Assembly (NCBI GenBank): GCA_964646765.1
Contig: CAZYIA010000003.1
Location: 130,815 to 194,814 of the forward strand
DNA length: 64,000 nucleotides
Source: an uncultured Candidatus Saccharibacteria bacterium
GTDB lineage: Bacteria > Patescibacteriota > Minisyncoccia > Phycocordibacterales > UBA9973
Reading direction: 5' to 3'
This document shows positions 53,778 through 62,880 of the stretch, piece by piece. The notes below the pieces were generated by a model, which saw only the letters and a list, made by a program, of their open reading frames with translations, had not been told where the DNA came from and ran no database searches. The stretch's first letter is position 1. Every line of letters begins with the position of its first letter. Made by a program: the position numbers and the translations under genes.

Positions 53778-56700
53778 TTAAAGCACTTTTACTGCTTCAA
53801 TGAGTACGCTCTTTTCGTCGTTTCGATCAGAAACGGAGCCTTTAATGGCGATGATCCGATCAACGGTAATGCTCTCACCAAATTTAGTAAAAGCTTTCGG
53901 AAAGATTACGCATTCAATCGTACTGGTAAAGTCTGCCACTCGAAGAAACGCCATTCGTTCGTTATTTTTCGTGATGATTGGTTTCACTTCTTCGATGATG
54001 CCGGCAAACGTAACCGGTGCGCCTTTTTCGCATTCAGCTTTTAGTTTAGTGATGTTCATGCCGTTGGCTTCAATTTTGTCGCGTAAACGGTCGAGCGGGT
54101 GGCCGGAAATATATAAACCGAGAAGTTCTTTTTCCCAAGCAAGCATTTCTTGTTTTGAAGCAGCCGGCGCTTCGCGAAGACTGAAGCTTGCACTAAAGAT
54201 TTCAGGAAGATCGCCAAAAAGTGATGTTTGGTTTTGTTCTGCACCGCTTTCTTTATTGAAGGTAAGCATGTCCTCCATATTTGCTAGTAGCGCTCCGCGA
54301 TCGCCAAACATATCCATCGCGCCACATTTAATGAGAGCTTCGAGCGATTTCTTGTTTAGATTTTTATGCTTGATGCGTTCAAGAAAATTACTAATCGAAG
54401 AAAACAAGCCATTTGTTTTTCGTTCAAAAATGATGGCATCAGAAATATCGGTTCCCAAATTTTTAACTGTGTAGAGACCGAAACGGATAACGCCATTTCG
54501 TTGCTCACTTGGTTTGTTTTCGATTACGGTGAATCCGCCAAAACTTTCGTTCACTGACGGCGGCAACACTTCAATTTTCATCTTGCCACACTCATGGATG
54601 ATTTCAGCAATTTTTTCCGTGTCGCCACTTTCAGCGGTGAGAATGGCACTCATGTACTCAACAGGGAAGTTCGCTTTCATGTATGCCGTTTGGTACGCCA
54701 CCATGCCGTAACTTGCCGCATGAGCTTTGTTAAATCCATACGCCGCAAATGGTTCGATGAGTGCCCAGAGTTCTTCCACTTTTTTATCGGTCATACCGTT
54801 TGCAGCCAAACCCTTCAGTAATTTTTCTTTTTGCGCAGCCATTTCTTCTGGGATTTTCTTTCCCATCGCTTTTCGCAGCATATCGGCTTCAAGCCATGAG
54901 TAGCCGCCAAGTTTGATAGCGATCATCATAACGTCGTCTTGGTAAACGATCACCCCATATGACTGATCCAAAATGTCCTTCATGCGTGGATCAAGGAACC
55001 GAACCGAGCGAGGATTATGTTTGCGCTTGATATAGTCAGGAATTGATTCCATCGGGCCTGGGCGGTAGAGGGCAACCATTGCGTTAATATCGTGAATCGA
55101 CGTTGGTTTGAGCTGTTTCAAGTATGCCGTCATACCTGAACCGTTTAATTGGAATAAGCCTTCAGTTTCGCCGCGAGCTAACATCTCAAATGTTTTTGGA
55201 TCATCGAGTGGAATTTTTAGGAGATCAACTTCGATGCCGTGTAATTCGCGCACTAAGCGAACCGCGTCAGCCAAAATGGCTAAGTTTCTGATTCCAAGAA
55301 AGTCGAACTTCGGCAGTCCCACATCTTCAACGGCGTGCATGTCGTACTGGGTAATAATTGCTTCGCCTTTTGGATCGCGCTGAATTGGCGTGAAATCAGT
55401 GAGTGGGCGGGGAGCAATAACGACACCGGCAGCATGTACTGAAACGTGGCGTACGCAACCTTCCATTTTTTTAGCCAAGTCGATAATTTGTTTTGTATCT
55501 TTCTCAGTCTCGTACGCTTTTTTAAGCTCCGGCACCATTTCCATAGCGCGGTCAATAGTCATTGGGAAGCCCTGACTACCCATCGGAATCATTTTTGAAA
55601 GTCGATCGCCAATGGCATACGGAAAACCAAGAGCTCGAGCAACGTCGCGAACAGAACCACGTGCCATCATGGTTCCAAATGTACCGATTTGAGCCACATG
55701 ATCTTCGCCATACTTTTGCTTGGCATAAGCAATCATTTCTTCACGTCGATTATCGGCGTAGTCCATATCAATATCAGGAAGTGATGGACGTTCTGGGTTT
55801 AAGAAACGTTCAAAAGGAAGTTTATAGACAAGCGGATCAACGTTGGTGATACCCAAAAGGTACGTGGTGAGTGAGCCTGCAACCGATCCTCGAATATTTG
55901 TGAGAATGCCATTTTCACGAGCGAAACGGAGAAGATCGCCCACAACTAAGAAGTAGGTTGGGTAACCTTTTTGTTTAATCACACTGAGTTCGTATTCGAG
56001 GCGGTCAAGGTATTCTTTTGTTTGCTCGAGATTTCTAAATTTGAAACCGTTATAGGCGAGTGTACGAAGTTCTTCGTCAGCGCTTTTACCACTCTCAATT
56101 TTGTATTCAGGGAAGTATGCTTTGCCAAGTTCAATCTCGTAGGGTTCGCATAGATCAACTACGAGCTGTGTGTTGCCGACAGCTTCAGGAACATCTTTAA
56201 AATATTCGAGGGCGGTTTTTTCGTTAATCAACGAGAAATCATCTTTTGAAAATTCCAAACCTTCTTTTCCGTCGCCTTGGGTGTTAATCGCGAGCAGGGT
56301 GTGGTGTGCGTCGTGGTCGTCTTTGCATGGATAGTGCGAGTCCTGCGTTGCAACAACTGGAACAGAAAGTTTTTTTCCAAGAGCAACTAATTTATCGCGA
56401 AGCTCTTTGTCTCGCGGAACCGTTTCATGCGATTGAATTTCAAGAAAGTAATTTTCTTTGCCAAAAATATTTTGGTACTCCGCAACTAGTTTTTCAGCAC
56501 CGGCATCATTTCCAGCAAGAATAGTTTGTGAAAGTTCGCCACCCATACAGCCTGAAAGACAGATAATTCCTTCGTGGAATTCTCGCAAGAGTTCTTTATC
56601 CATGCGCGGTTTATAGTAGTAGCCTTCCAGGTTTGCAATTGAAACCAAACGCATTAAATTTTTGTAACCAGTCAGATTTTTGGCGAGCAGCGTTAGGTGA

Positions 56701-56981
56701 TAATAGCGCTTGCCATTTCCTGTACTTTCGCGATCAGTGCGAGATCCGGGAGCAAGGTACGCTTCAACCCCAATGATTGGCTTAACGCCTGCTTTTTTAC
56801 ACAGCTTATAAAGCTCAATAGCCCCGTGCATATTGCCGTGGTCAGTTAAACCAATGGCGGTCATACCACTTTCTTTGGCAATGCGAACCATATCTTCAAG
56901 TTTGGTCAGACCATCGAGAAGGGAATAGTGACTATGAGTGTGGAGGTGCGTAAATGCCATGCGTACCGAGTATACTCGCAC
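53778..56981 (-). CDS. dnaE: DNA polymerase III alpha subunit
   Basis: The PHP domain start HLHTHSHYSLLDG. At 1067 aa it has DnaE-typical proportions. Confidence 0.9.
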   Translation of the reverse strand: MRVYSVRMAFTHLHTHSHYSLLDGLTKLEDMVRIAKESGMTAIGLTDHGNMHGAIELYKLCKKAGVKPIIGVEAYLAPGSRTDRESTGNGKRYYHLTLLAKNLTGYKNLMRLVSIANLEGYYYKPRMDKELLREFHEGIICLSGCMGGELSQTILAGNDAGAEKLVAEYQNIFGKENYFLEIQSHETVPRDKELRDKLVALGKKLSVPVVATQDSHYPCKDDHDAHHTLLAINTQGDGKEGLEFSKDDFSLINEKTALEYFKDVPEAVGNTQLVVDLCEPYEIELGKAYFPEYKIESGKSADEELRTLAYNGFKFRNLEQTKEYLDRLEYELSVIKQKGYPTYFLVVGDLLRFARENGILTNIRGSVAGSLTTYLLGITNVDPLVYKLPFERFLNPERPSLPDIDMDYADNRREEMIAYAKQKYGEDHVAQIGTFGTMMARGSVRDVARALGFPYAIGDRLSKMIPMGSQGFPMTIDRAMEMVPELKKAYETEKDTKQIIDLAKKMEGCVRHVSVHAAGVVIAPRPLTDFTPIQRDPKGEAIITQYDMHAVEDVGLPKFDFLGIRNLAILADAVRLVRELHGIEVDLLKIPLDDPKTFEMLARGETEGLFQLNGSGMTAYLKQLKPTSIHDINAMVALYRPGPMESIPDYIKRKHNPRSVRFLDPRMKDILDQSYGVIVYQDDVMMIAIKLGGYSWLEADMLRKAMGKKIPEEMAAQKEKLLKGLAANGMTDKKVEELWALIEPFAAYGFNKAHAASYGMVAYQTAYMKANFPVEYMSAILTAESGDTEKIAEIIHECGKMKIEVLPPSVNESFGGFTVIENKPSEQRNGVIRFGLYTVKNLGTDISDAIIFERKTNGLFSSISNFLERIKHKNLNKKSLEALIKCGAMDMFGDRGALLANMEDMLTFNKESGAEQNQTSLFGDLPEIFSASFSLREAPAASKQEMLAWEKELLGLYISGHPLDRLRDKIEANGMNITKLKAECEKGAPVTFAGIIEEVKPIITKNNERMAFLRVADFTSTIECVIFPKAFTKFGESITVDRIIAIKGSVSDRNDEKSVLIEAVKVL

Positions 56982-57129
56982 AGAAAGGTTGTGGCAAAGC
57001 GTTAAAATTTTGGGAAAACGTCATATTTTTATCTGTTGATCGTCCTATATAGTGGGAAGCAATTCCCCTAAGTTATACACACAAAATATTTCCGTTTATT
57101 TCCGTTCACTGTGTGGTAAAATAATTACA

Positions 57130-57717
57130 GTGTTAATCAAACAAACTCCGAAGTTTTTGATTGGTGTTGATGAAGTTGGGCGCGGTCCTATTGCCGGCCC
57201 GGTAGCAGTGTGCGCTCTCCTCTGGAAGGATCGAGAATTTGATCCGCCTCCACATATAAAAGATTCAAAACAGCTCTCGCCGCAAAAACGCGAAGAATGG
57301 TTTGAGCAGGTTCGTATCTGGGAAAAAGAGGGAAGAGTGTCATTTGCCGTTTCTTTTATCTGTGCCGAAACAATTGATAAAGTTGGTATTAGTCCTTCAA
57401 CACATCGAGCAGTAAGCAACGCAATTCGCCGGCTCGAAGTTGATCCTGCTCAAGTCCATATTCTTTTGGACGGTAGTCTCTATGCCCCTGAAGAGTACTA
57501 TCACCAAGAAACAATAATTCGCGGTGATGAACGCGAACCAGTTATTGCTCTTGCCTCAATTGTGGCTAAGGTGCACCGTGACCGCTTGATGGAAAAAATG
57601 AGTGATCAATATCCCGGGTACGGTTTCGAAGTGCATAAAGGATATGGTACGAGTGAACATTATCGAGCACTGAAAAAACTCGGTCCGTCGCCACTTCACC
57701 GGCTCTCATTCATCTAA
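57130..57717 (+). CDS. rnhB: Ribonuclease HII
   Basis: LIGVDEVGRGPIAGPVAV is RNase HII-typical. The start was moved to GTG 57130, 7 nt after an extended -10 TGgTAAAAT (57114-57122); the track ORF starts at GTG 57052. Confidence 0.75.
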   Translation: MLIKQTPKFLIGVDEVGRGPIAGPVAVCALLWKDREFDPPPHIKDSKQLSPQKREEWFEQVRIWEKEGRVSFAVSFICAETIDKVGISPSTHRAVSNAIRRLEVDPAQVHILLDGSLYAPEEYYHQETIIRGDEREPVIALASIVAKVHRDRLMEKMSDQYPGYGFEVHKGYGTSEHYRALKKLGPSPLHRLSFI

Positions 57718-58106
57718 GTGTGAATTTGTAATTGACGAAAGTTCCATGCGTCAGCTAGTATGGAAAAATATTGAACCGCTTGAAAATTTTTTAATTTTTT
57801 CACTTAAACCAAAAAGTTGCACTATGGATGGAGCATCCAACACCAACGGCAAGTCAGGTACAGGAGGTACTGACCTACATACCTGTCTAAACACAGGTAT
57901 CCCCCTGACTATTGAAAAGGGTATAGAAACCCACACGCAAAAAAGTAAACCTTCATTAAAGAAGGATGAACATTTGCGAGTTACATCAGCGACTAATTAT
58001 CAGCAGGAGCTGATTGGTCGGTAACCATTCTTTATTTTAATTTTGACTCGTACCCCCGTCGCGATATATTCCTTCGGGGGCACGTTTATATTTGAATAGT
58101 CCCGAA

Positions 58107-58135
58107 CTTGTTTTTTTAGAAAAATTTGGTATAGT
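58107..58135 (+). promoter_or_regulatory. Promoter CTTGTT-N17-TGgTATAGT ending 8 nt before the rpmF ATG
   Basis: The hexamers and the extended -10 TG can be read directly. This implies a leaderless rpmF transcript. Confidence 0.4.
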
Positions 58136-58143
58136 CCTCACAT

Positions 58144-58350
58144 ATGGTAGTACGCATGCGACACACGCGAGCACACACCGGCAATCGCCGCTCGCACCAC
58201 AAAGTTAAGAATCAAGCAGTCACCACCGACTCTAAGACTGGTGCTGTTCACCTTCGCCACCGTGTTGACCTCACCACAGGCACCTATCGCGGTAAAAAAG
58301 TCATCGACGTTATGAAGAAAGTCGAAAAAAGACAAGCGAAGAAAAAATAA
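58144..58350 (+). CDS. rpmF: 50S ribosomal protein L32
   Basis: RRSHH...KTGAVHLRHRV...GTYRGKKVI matches L32. Confidence 0.8.
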   Translation: MVVRMRHTRAHTGNRRSHHKVKNQAVTTDSKTGAVHLRHRVDLTTGTYRGKKVIDVMKKVEKRQAKKK

Positions 58351-58428
58351 AAGGTATTAAGTCCTTTCGTTCTTTCCGTTCTTTATTAAAACTAAAACCG
58401 AGCAAGCTAGAATCTATCACTAGTTCGT

Positions 58429-59334
58429 ATGGCCAATAGACACCTTTCACGTTCAATCATCCTTCAAACCCTCTTTGAGTGGGATTTTAAGGGACAACCT
58501 CTCGAAGGTGTTTTTGACATGCTCGAGCGGAACGCTGAAGAATTTGCACCAGGCCTCGACGACTATGAATTTATGAAGGCGATGACTGAGAGCGTGGTTA
58601 AAAACCGCCTCATCATCGACCAGGTTATCGAAAAAGCCGCTCCAGAATGGCCGCTCGAAAAGATTAATGCAGTTGACCGTAACATCCTTCGCATTGGACT
58701 TGCCGAGCTCCTTTTTGGTGACCACGCTGCTGTACCACCAAAAGTTTCTATTAACGAGGCTATTGAATTGGCGAAAACCTTCGGCGGGGATAGTTCCTCA
58801 CGCTTTATTAATGGCGTGCTTGGTGCTGTGTATAAAGAAATTGGTGAGCCAGGCAAAGAGCAAAAATCAAAGCGCCAAATGAAAGACGAACCGGTTGATG
58901 TTTCAACACTTCCGGTTGAACAGAAAGCAGGTGCTGTGGTGTACGCAGAGCATGATGGGGAAGTGTACCTTGCGTTGGTGCACGATGTGTTTGGCTACTG
59001 GACCCTTTCAAAAGGTGGCGTAGAAGAAAGTGATAAATCATCTGAAGATGCCGCTAAGCGTGAAGTAAAAGAAGAAATTGGTATCGATGTAGCCGTTAAA
59101 GAAAAACTCGGTGAAGATGAGTATATTGCTTCGCATCCAGAGAAAGGAAAAATTCGCAAACATGTTACTTTCTTTCTTGCAGAATCAAAATATCAGCCAC
59201 TCAAACTTGAATCTTCAGGTGGTTTAGATGAAGCCGCTTGGTTTACGCTTTCTAATGTGACAAAGCTTCGCATGTATGATAGTGTGACCGCACTGATCGC
59301 GAAAGCAATCCCGATCATTACTAGCAAAAAGTAA
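58429..59334 (+). CDS. nusB: NusB (transcription antitermination factor) fused to a C-terminal Nudix hydrolase domain
   Basis: The N-terminal ~140 aa are NusB-like (ANRHLSRSIILQTLFEWDF...). The C-terminal ~150 aa carry a Nudix box (GGVEESDKSSEDAAKREVKEEIGI). Confidence 0.6.
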   Translation: MANRHLSRSIILQTLFEWDFKGQPLEGVFDMLERNAEEFAPGLDDYEFMKAMTESVVKNRLIIDQVIEKAAPEWPLEKINAVDRNILRIGLAELLFGDHAAVPPKVSINEAIELAKTFGGDSSSRFINGVLGAVYKEIGEPGKEQKSKRQMKDEPVDVSTLPVEQKAGAVVYAEHDGEVYLALVHDVFGYWTLSKGGVEESDKSSEDAAKREVKEEIGIDVAVKEKLGEDEYIASHPEKGKIRKHVTFFLAESKYQPLKLESSGGLDEAAWFTLSNVTKLRMYDSVTALIAKAIPIITSKK

Positions 59335-59396
59335 TTTAGTAGTTAGTAGAAAGTAGTTACCAAAGTGACTGCTCCCTACTCACTACTCACAATTGC

Positions 59397-60089
59397 ATGA
59401 AAGATATCTCCGCTTTTCCCGCTTCTCTCGGCATCACCTTTAAAGATGTTGGTCTCTTGAAGCAGGCATTTACTCACCGTTCATTCATTAACGAAAATCC
59501 AGGAACAAAACTCGCACACAACGAGCGTCTTGAATTTTTGGGTGATGCAGTACTTGAACTTATCGTTACTAATCATCTGTATCGTGCATATCCTGGGGCA
59601 CCAGAAGGTGAGCTTACAGCGTTTCGCAGTGCGCTTGTGAACACCGTTACTATTTCTGATGCTGCGCTTTCACTTGGGATGAATGACTACCTCCTTCTTT
59701 CTCGCGGTGAAGCAAAAGATGTAGGTAAAGCACGTATGCACATTTTGGCAAACACCTTCGAAGCGTTTATTGGTGCACTCTATCTCGATCAAGGGTATGA
59801 CGCCGCTACGAAATTTGTCGATAGTAAACTGTTTCCAAAACTTAAAGAAATCGTTGAAAAGAAACTCTGGCGTGATCCAAAGAGCTTAGTTCAGGAAAAG
59901 GCCCAAGAAATTCTTCATGTAACACCAGCGTATAAGGTGTTAGGCGAGAGTGGCCCTGATCACGATAAGCGATTTATTGTAGGTATTTGTTTTGGTTCTG
60001 AGGTGGTCGCTGAAGGCCGCGGTAAGAGTAAACAAGAAGCCGAAACTAAGGCTGCGGAGGCTGCTCTTCACCAGAAGGGCTGGTTCTAG
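59397..60089 (+). CDS. rnc: Ribonuclease III
   Basis: The ERLEFLGDAVLELIV signature and a C-terminal dsRBD. Confidence 0.9.
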   Translation: MKDISAFPASLGITFKDVGLLKQAFTHRSFINENPGTKLAHNERLEFLGDAVLELIVTNHLYRAYPGAPEGELTAFRSALVNTVTISDAALSLGMNDYLLLSRGEAKDVGKARMHILANTFEAFIGALYLDQGYDAATKFVDSKLFPKLKEIVEKKLWRDPKSLVQEKAQEILHVTPAYKVLGESGPDHDKRFIVGICFGSEVVAEGRGKSKQEAETKAAEAALHQKGWF

Positions 60090-60106
60090 TAGAATAGCTA
60101 CTAGTT

Positions 60107-62368
60107 ATGCTCAAACAGATCGAGCTTTCCGGTTTCAAGTCGTTCGCTAAACGAACGACGCTGGACTTTGGTGTTCCGATTACGGCCATCGTTGGTCCAA
60201 ACGGTTCAGGAAAATCCAATATTGTTGAATCGATTCGTTTCGTGCTTGGTGAGCAATCAATGAAATCGCTCCGTGGTAAGGGCGGCGTTGACCTCATTTT
60301 TAAAGGTTCAAAAAATCTCTCGGCACTTTCACGTGCGTCTGTTTCAGTTGTTTTTGATAACAGCACCCGCATGTTTCAGGTTGCTCGAGCAGGAGAGGAT
60401 ACTCTCCGAGTAGATTTTGATGAAATCACTATTTCTCGTGAAGTTTTTTCTGATGGTAAAAATGTGTACCGCTTAAATGGTACGGAAGTGCGTTTAAAAG
60501 ATATTGTTGAACTGCTTGCATCTGTAAATATTGGTTCAAGTGGTCATCATATTATTTCGCAAGGTGAAGCTGACCGCTTGCTTTCCGCGAATCCAAAAGA
60601 TCGCCGCGCTATGGTGGAAGATGCACTCGGTCTCCGTGTGTATCAATTTCGTTTACGCGAAGCAGAACGCAAACTTGAACGTACCGAAGAAAATATTCGT
60701 GAGGTAAATGCACAGCGTCGTGAGGTTGCTCCACACCTTAAATTTTTGAAGGGTCAGGTAGAAAAAGTTGAAAAGACTGCTGAGCTTCGAAATGACTTAG
60801 CCCAACTGTACAAAGAGTACTTTGCGCTTGAATCCGTATATGTAGCCGAAGAGGGAAGCCGCTTAGCAGGGGTTGCAAAAGAACTTGATGAAAAACTTGC
60901 TGAGATTGATCAGAAAATTTCCGGTGCACGCGTTCTTTCGGAGGTTGATGTAGAAAGTCCACTCAAAAAGGAACGTGAAGAAGTACAAGCAAAACTTTCG
61001 GAAGCCAACGCTACCCGCGATGAACTTTCTCGGAAGCTTGGCCGTATTGAAGGAACTATTTCAGCCCTTGAAGCTCGTTTAAATGCACCTGCACCAAAAT
61101 CACCAACTGGCGCTTTGCCAGTACCGCGTGATCTCGTGAGCGCTCTTATTACCGAAGTTCGTTCACTTCAAGAATTTCTTTCTGTGCCAGAAAAACTTTC
61201 TGGTTTGGTTTCAACGTTGCTTGCGCGTGCTGAAGCTCTTGAAAAGTTAGCTAGTGGTGGAGCGCAACAAGTAGTCGAAGTAGACAAAGAAGCTCTGATA
61301 GCTGAAATCGAATCACTCCGTGCCTCGTATCGTGCGATTCAAGAAGAGATTGACGAAGTAGAAAAAACAGCTGAAACATTCCGTGAAAAATTAAATGATT
61401 TAGCTACTCACGAAAAAGAAATGGATCGCGATGCTCGCGAACGCGATCGTGCGTACTACGAAGCCAAGAGTGAGAAAACTGAGCTCGAATCACGCCGCCG
61501 CATGGTAGCACTTGAAGAAGAGACTCTTCGCGTAGCCAAAGAGCGCTTTGATGCGGATCTTCGCGAAGCTGGTGTTTTGGTTGGATTAGATGCTATTCGT
61601 TTCCAAAAAAGTGAAGCTCTATACGATAAAGCCACCCAGGATACTCGCCGACATAAAATTGAGCGTGCGAAGATAAAACTTGAAGAAGCCGGTGCAGTTT
61701 CGGGTGCTGAAGTTTTGAAAGAATACGAAACCACCAAAGAACGAGATGAATTTTTGGGTCGTGAACTTATTGACCTTGAACAGTCGGTTGCCGACTTGCG
61801 AGCGCTTATTCGAGAACTTCGCGAAACAATTGATACTAAATTTAAAGAAGGTGTTGAACTCATTAACAAAGAATTTTCAAAATTCTTCTCGCTGATGTTC
61901 GGTGGCGGCAGCGCCTTTCTTTCTATTGTTGTAGAACATAAGCGTGCATCCAAGGGGGACGATGAAGATGAAGAAGAAACTTTAGATGAGGGAGAAGGCG
62001 AACTAACCTTCGAGCGTGGTATTGAAATCAACGTTTCTATGCCGCATAAGAAAGTAAAGGATTTGCAGATGCTCTCAGGTGGTGAGCGCTCACTTACTTC
62101 AATTGCACTTCTTTTTGCAATGTCACAAGTTAACCCACCACCATTCTTAGTACTCGACGAAACCGATGCAGCGCTTGATGAAGCAAACTCACGCCGCTAT
62201 GGTGATATGCTTGAAAATCTCTCTGGCCGGTCAAAACTTATTGTGGTAACTCACAATCGCGAAACGATGTCCCGCGCCGGCGTGCTCTACGGTATCACTA
62301 TTGGTGCCGATGGGGGATCGAAGCTTCTCTCGATCAAATTTGACGAAGCAGTCAAAATTGCGAAATAA
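60107..62368 (+). CDS. smc: SMC-family chromosome segregation ATPase (short, 753 aa; hinge not evident)
   Basis: N-terminal FKSFAKRTTLDFGVPITAIVGPNGSGKSNIVESIRFVLGEQS; long coiled-coil; and a C-terminal LSGGERSLTSIALLFA...LVLDETDAALD. Confidence 0.7.
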   Translation: MLKQIELSGFKSFAKRTTLDFGVPITAIVGPNGSGKSNIVESIRFVLGEQSMKSLRGKGGVDLIFKGSKNLSALSRASVSVVFDNSTRMFQVARAGEDTLRVDFDEITISREVFSDGKNVYRLNGTEVRLKDIVELLASVNIGSSGHHIISQGEADRLLSANPKDRRAMVEDALGLRVYQFRLREAERKLERTEENIREVNAQRREVAPHLKFLKGQVEKVEKTAELRNDLAQLYKEYFALESVYVAEEGSRLAGVAKELDEKLAEIDQKISGARVLSEVDVESPLKKEREEVQAKLSEANATRDELSRKLGRIEGTISALEARLNAPAPKSPTGALPVPRDLVSALITEVRSLQEFLSVPEKLSGLVSTLLARAEALEKLASGGAQQVVEVDKEALIAEIESLRASYRAIQEEIDEVEKTAETFREKLNDLATHEKEMDRDARERDRAYYEAKSEKTELESRRRMVALEEETLRVAKERFDADLREAGVLVGLDAIRFQKSEALYDKATQDTRRHKIERAKIKLEEAGAVSGAEVLKEYETTKERDEFLGRELIDLEQSVADLRALIRELRETIDTKFKEGVELINKEFSKFFSLMFGGGSAFLSIVVEHKRASKGDDEDEEETLDEGEGELTFERGIEINVSMPHKKVKDLQMLSGGERSLTSIALLFAMSQVNPPPFLVLDETDAALDEANSRRYGDMLENLSGRSKLIVVTHNRETMSRAGVLYGITIGADGGSKLLSIKFDEAVKIAK

Positions 62369-62375
62369 TACCTTT

Positions 62376-62876
62376 ATGAAAACTCCTGATTCATTCTTTA
62401 GTCCACAGATTCCTCAGCAGCTTTTACAAGGAATAGCTGACTTGGGATATCCAAAAGATATTTGGCAAAAAATGAATCGAGATGAGATCGAACGTATTGT
62501 TACCAGCCAAATTCGATACCAACCACAGGCAACCAAAGAAGAGTCTGCTACCTCAGTGAAAGAGGAAAAGAAGTCTGTATATGTTGGAGATCCTCAGCAT
62601 ATGGCAGCATATTCTTTAGATTTACCTGCATTAGAACAATTTGATTACGAACAGTTAGAGTCACAAGATACACAAGGGGAAACACCTCTTCATTTAGTTG
62701 TAATGATGGCCTTTCAGGACTTTGAAAAGGCAGAAAACATTATTGCCTTCCTAAAGAAAAAAGAAATAGAAATGAATTTAAAAAACAATGACAACTTAAC
62801 TGCTTTAGAAATTGCTAAGCGTCGAATGGCTACAACTCCTGCCTATGCAAGAATTGTAGCTGCTTTAGAGAAATAA
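62376..62876 (+). CDS. Hypothetical protein with C-terminal ankyrin-like repeats
   Basis: GETPLHLVVMMAF...NDNLTALEIAKRR has an ANK-like pattern. The start was moved to ATG 62376. Confidence 0.35.
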   Translation: MKTPDSFFSPQIPQQLLQGIADLGYPKDIWQKMNRDEIERIVTSQIRYQPQATKEESATSVKEEKKSVYVGDPQHMAAYSLDLPALEQFDYEQLESQDTQGETPLHLVVMMAFQDFEKAENIIAFLKKKEIEMNLKNNDNLTALEIAKRRMATTPAYARIVAALEK

Positions 62877-62880
62877 GTTT

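Noticed and set aside
57850-57885. Weak resemblance of GTCAGGTACAGGAGGTACTGAC to the SRP RNA helix-8 (GUCAGGUCCGGAAGGAAGCAGC)
   Set aside because: Only partial identity. The flanking GUGCUGUU / GGAAGCAGC pairing partners are absent, so this is not called as ffs.
57746-58024. 92-aa plus-strand ORF (and the 57751..57936 minus ORF) upstream of rpmF
   Set aside because: No recognisable protein features and odd composition. The region is better explained as a structured non-coding leader/ncRNA.
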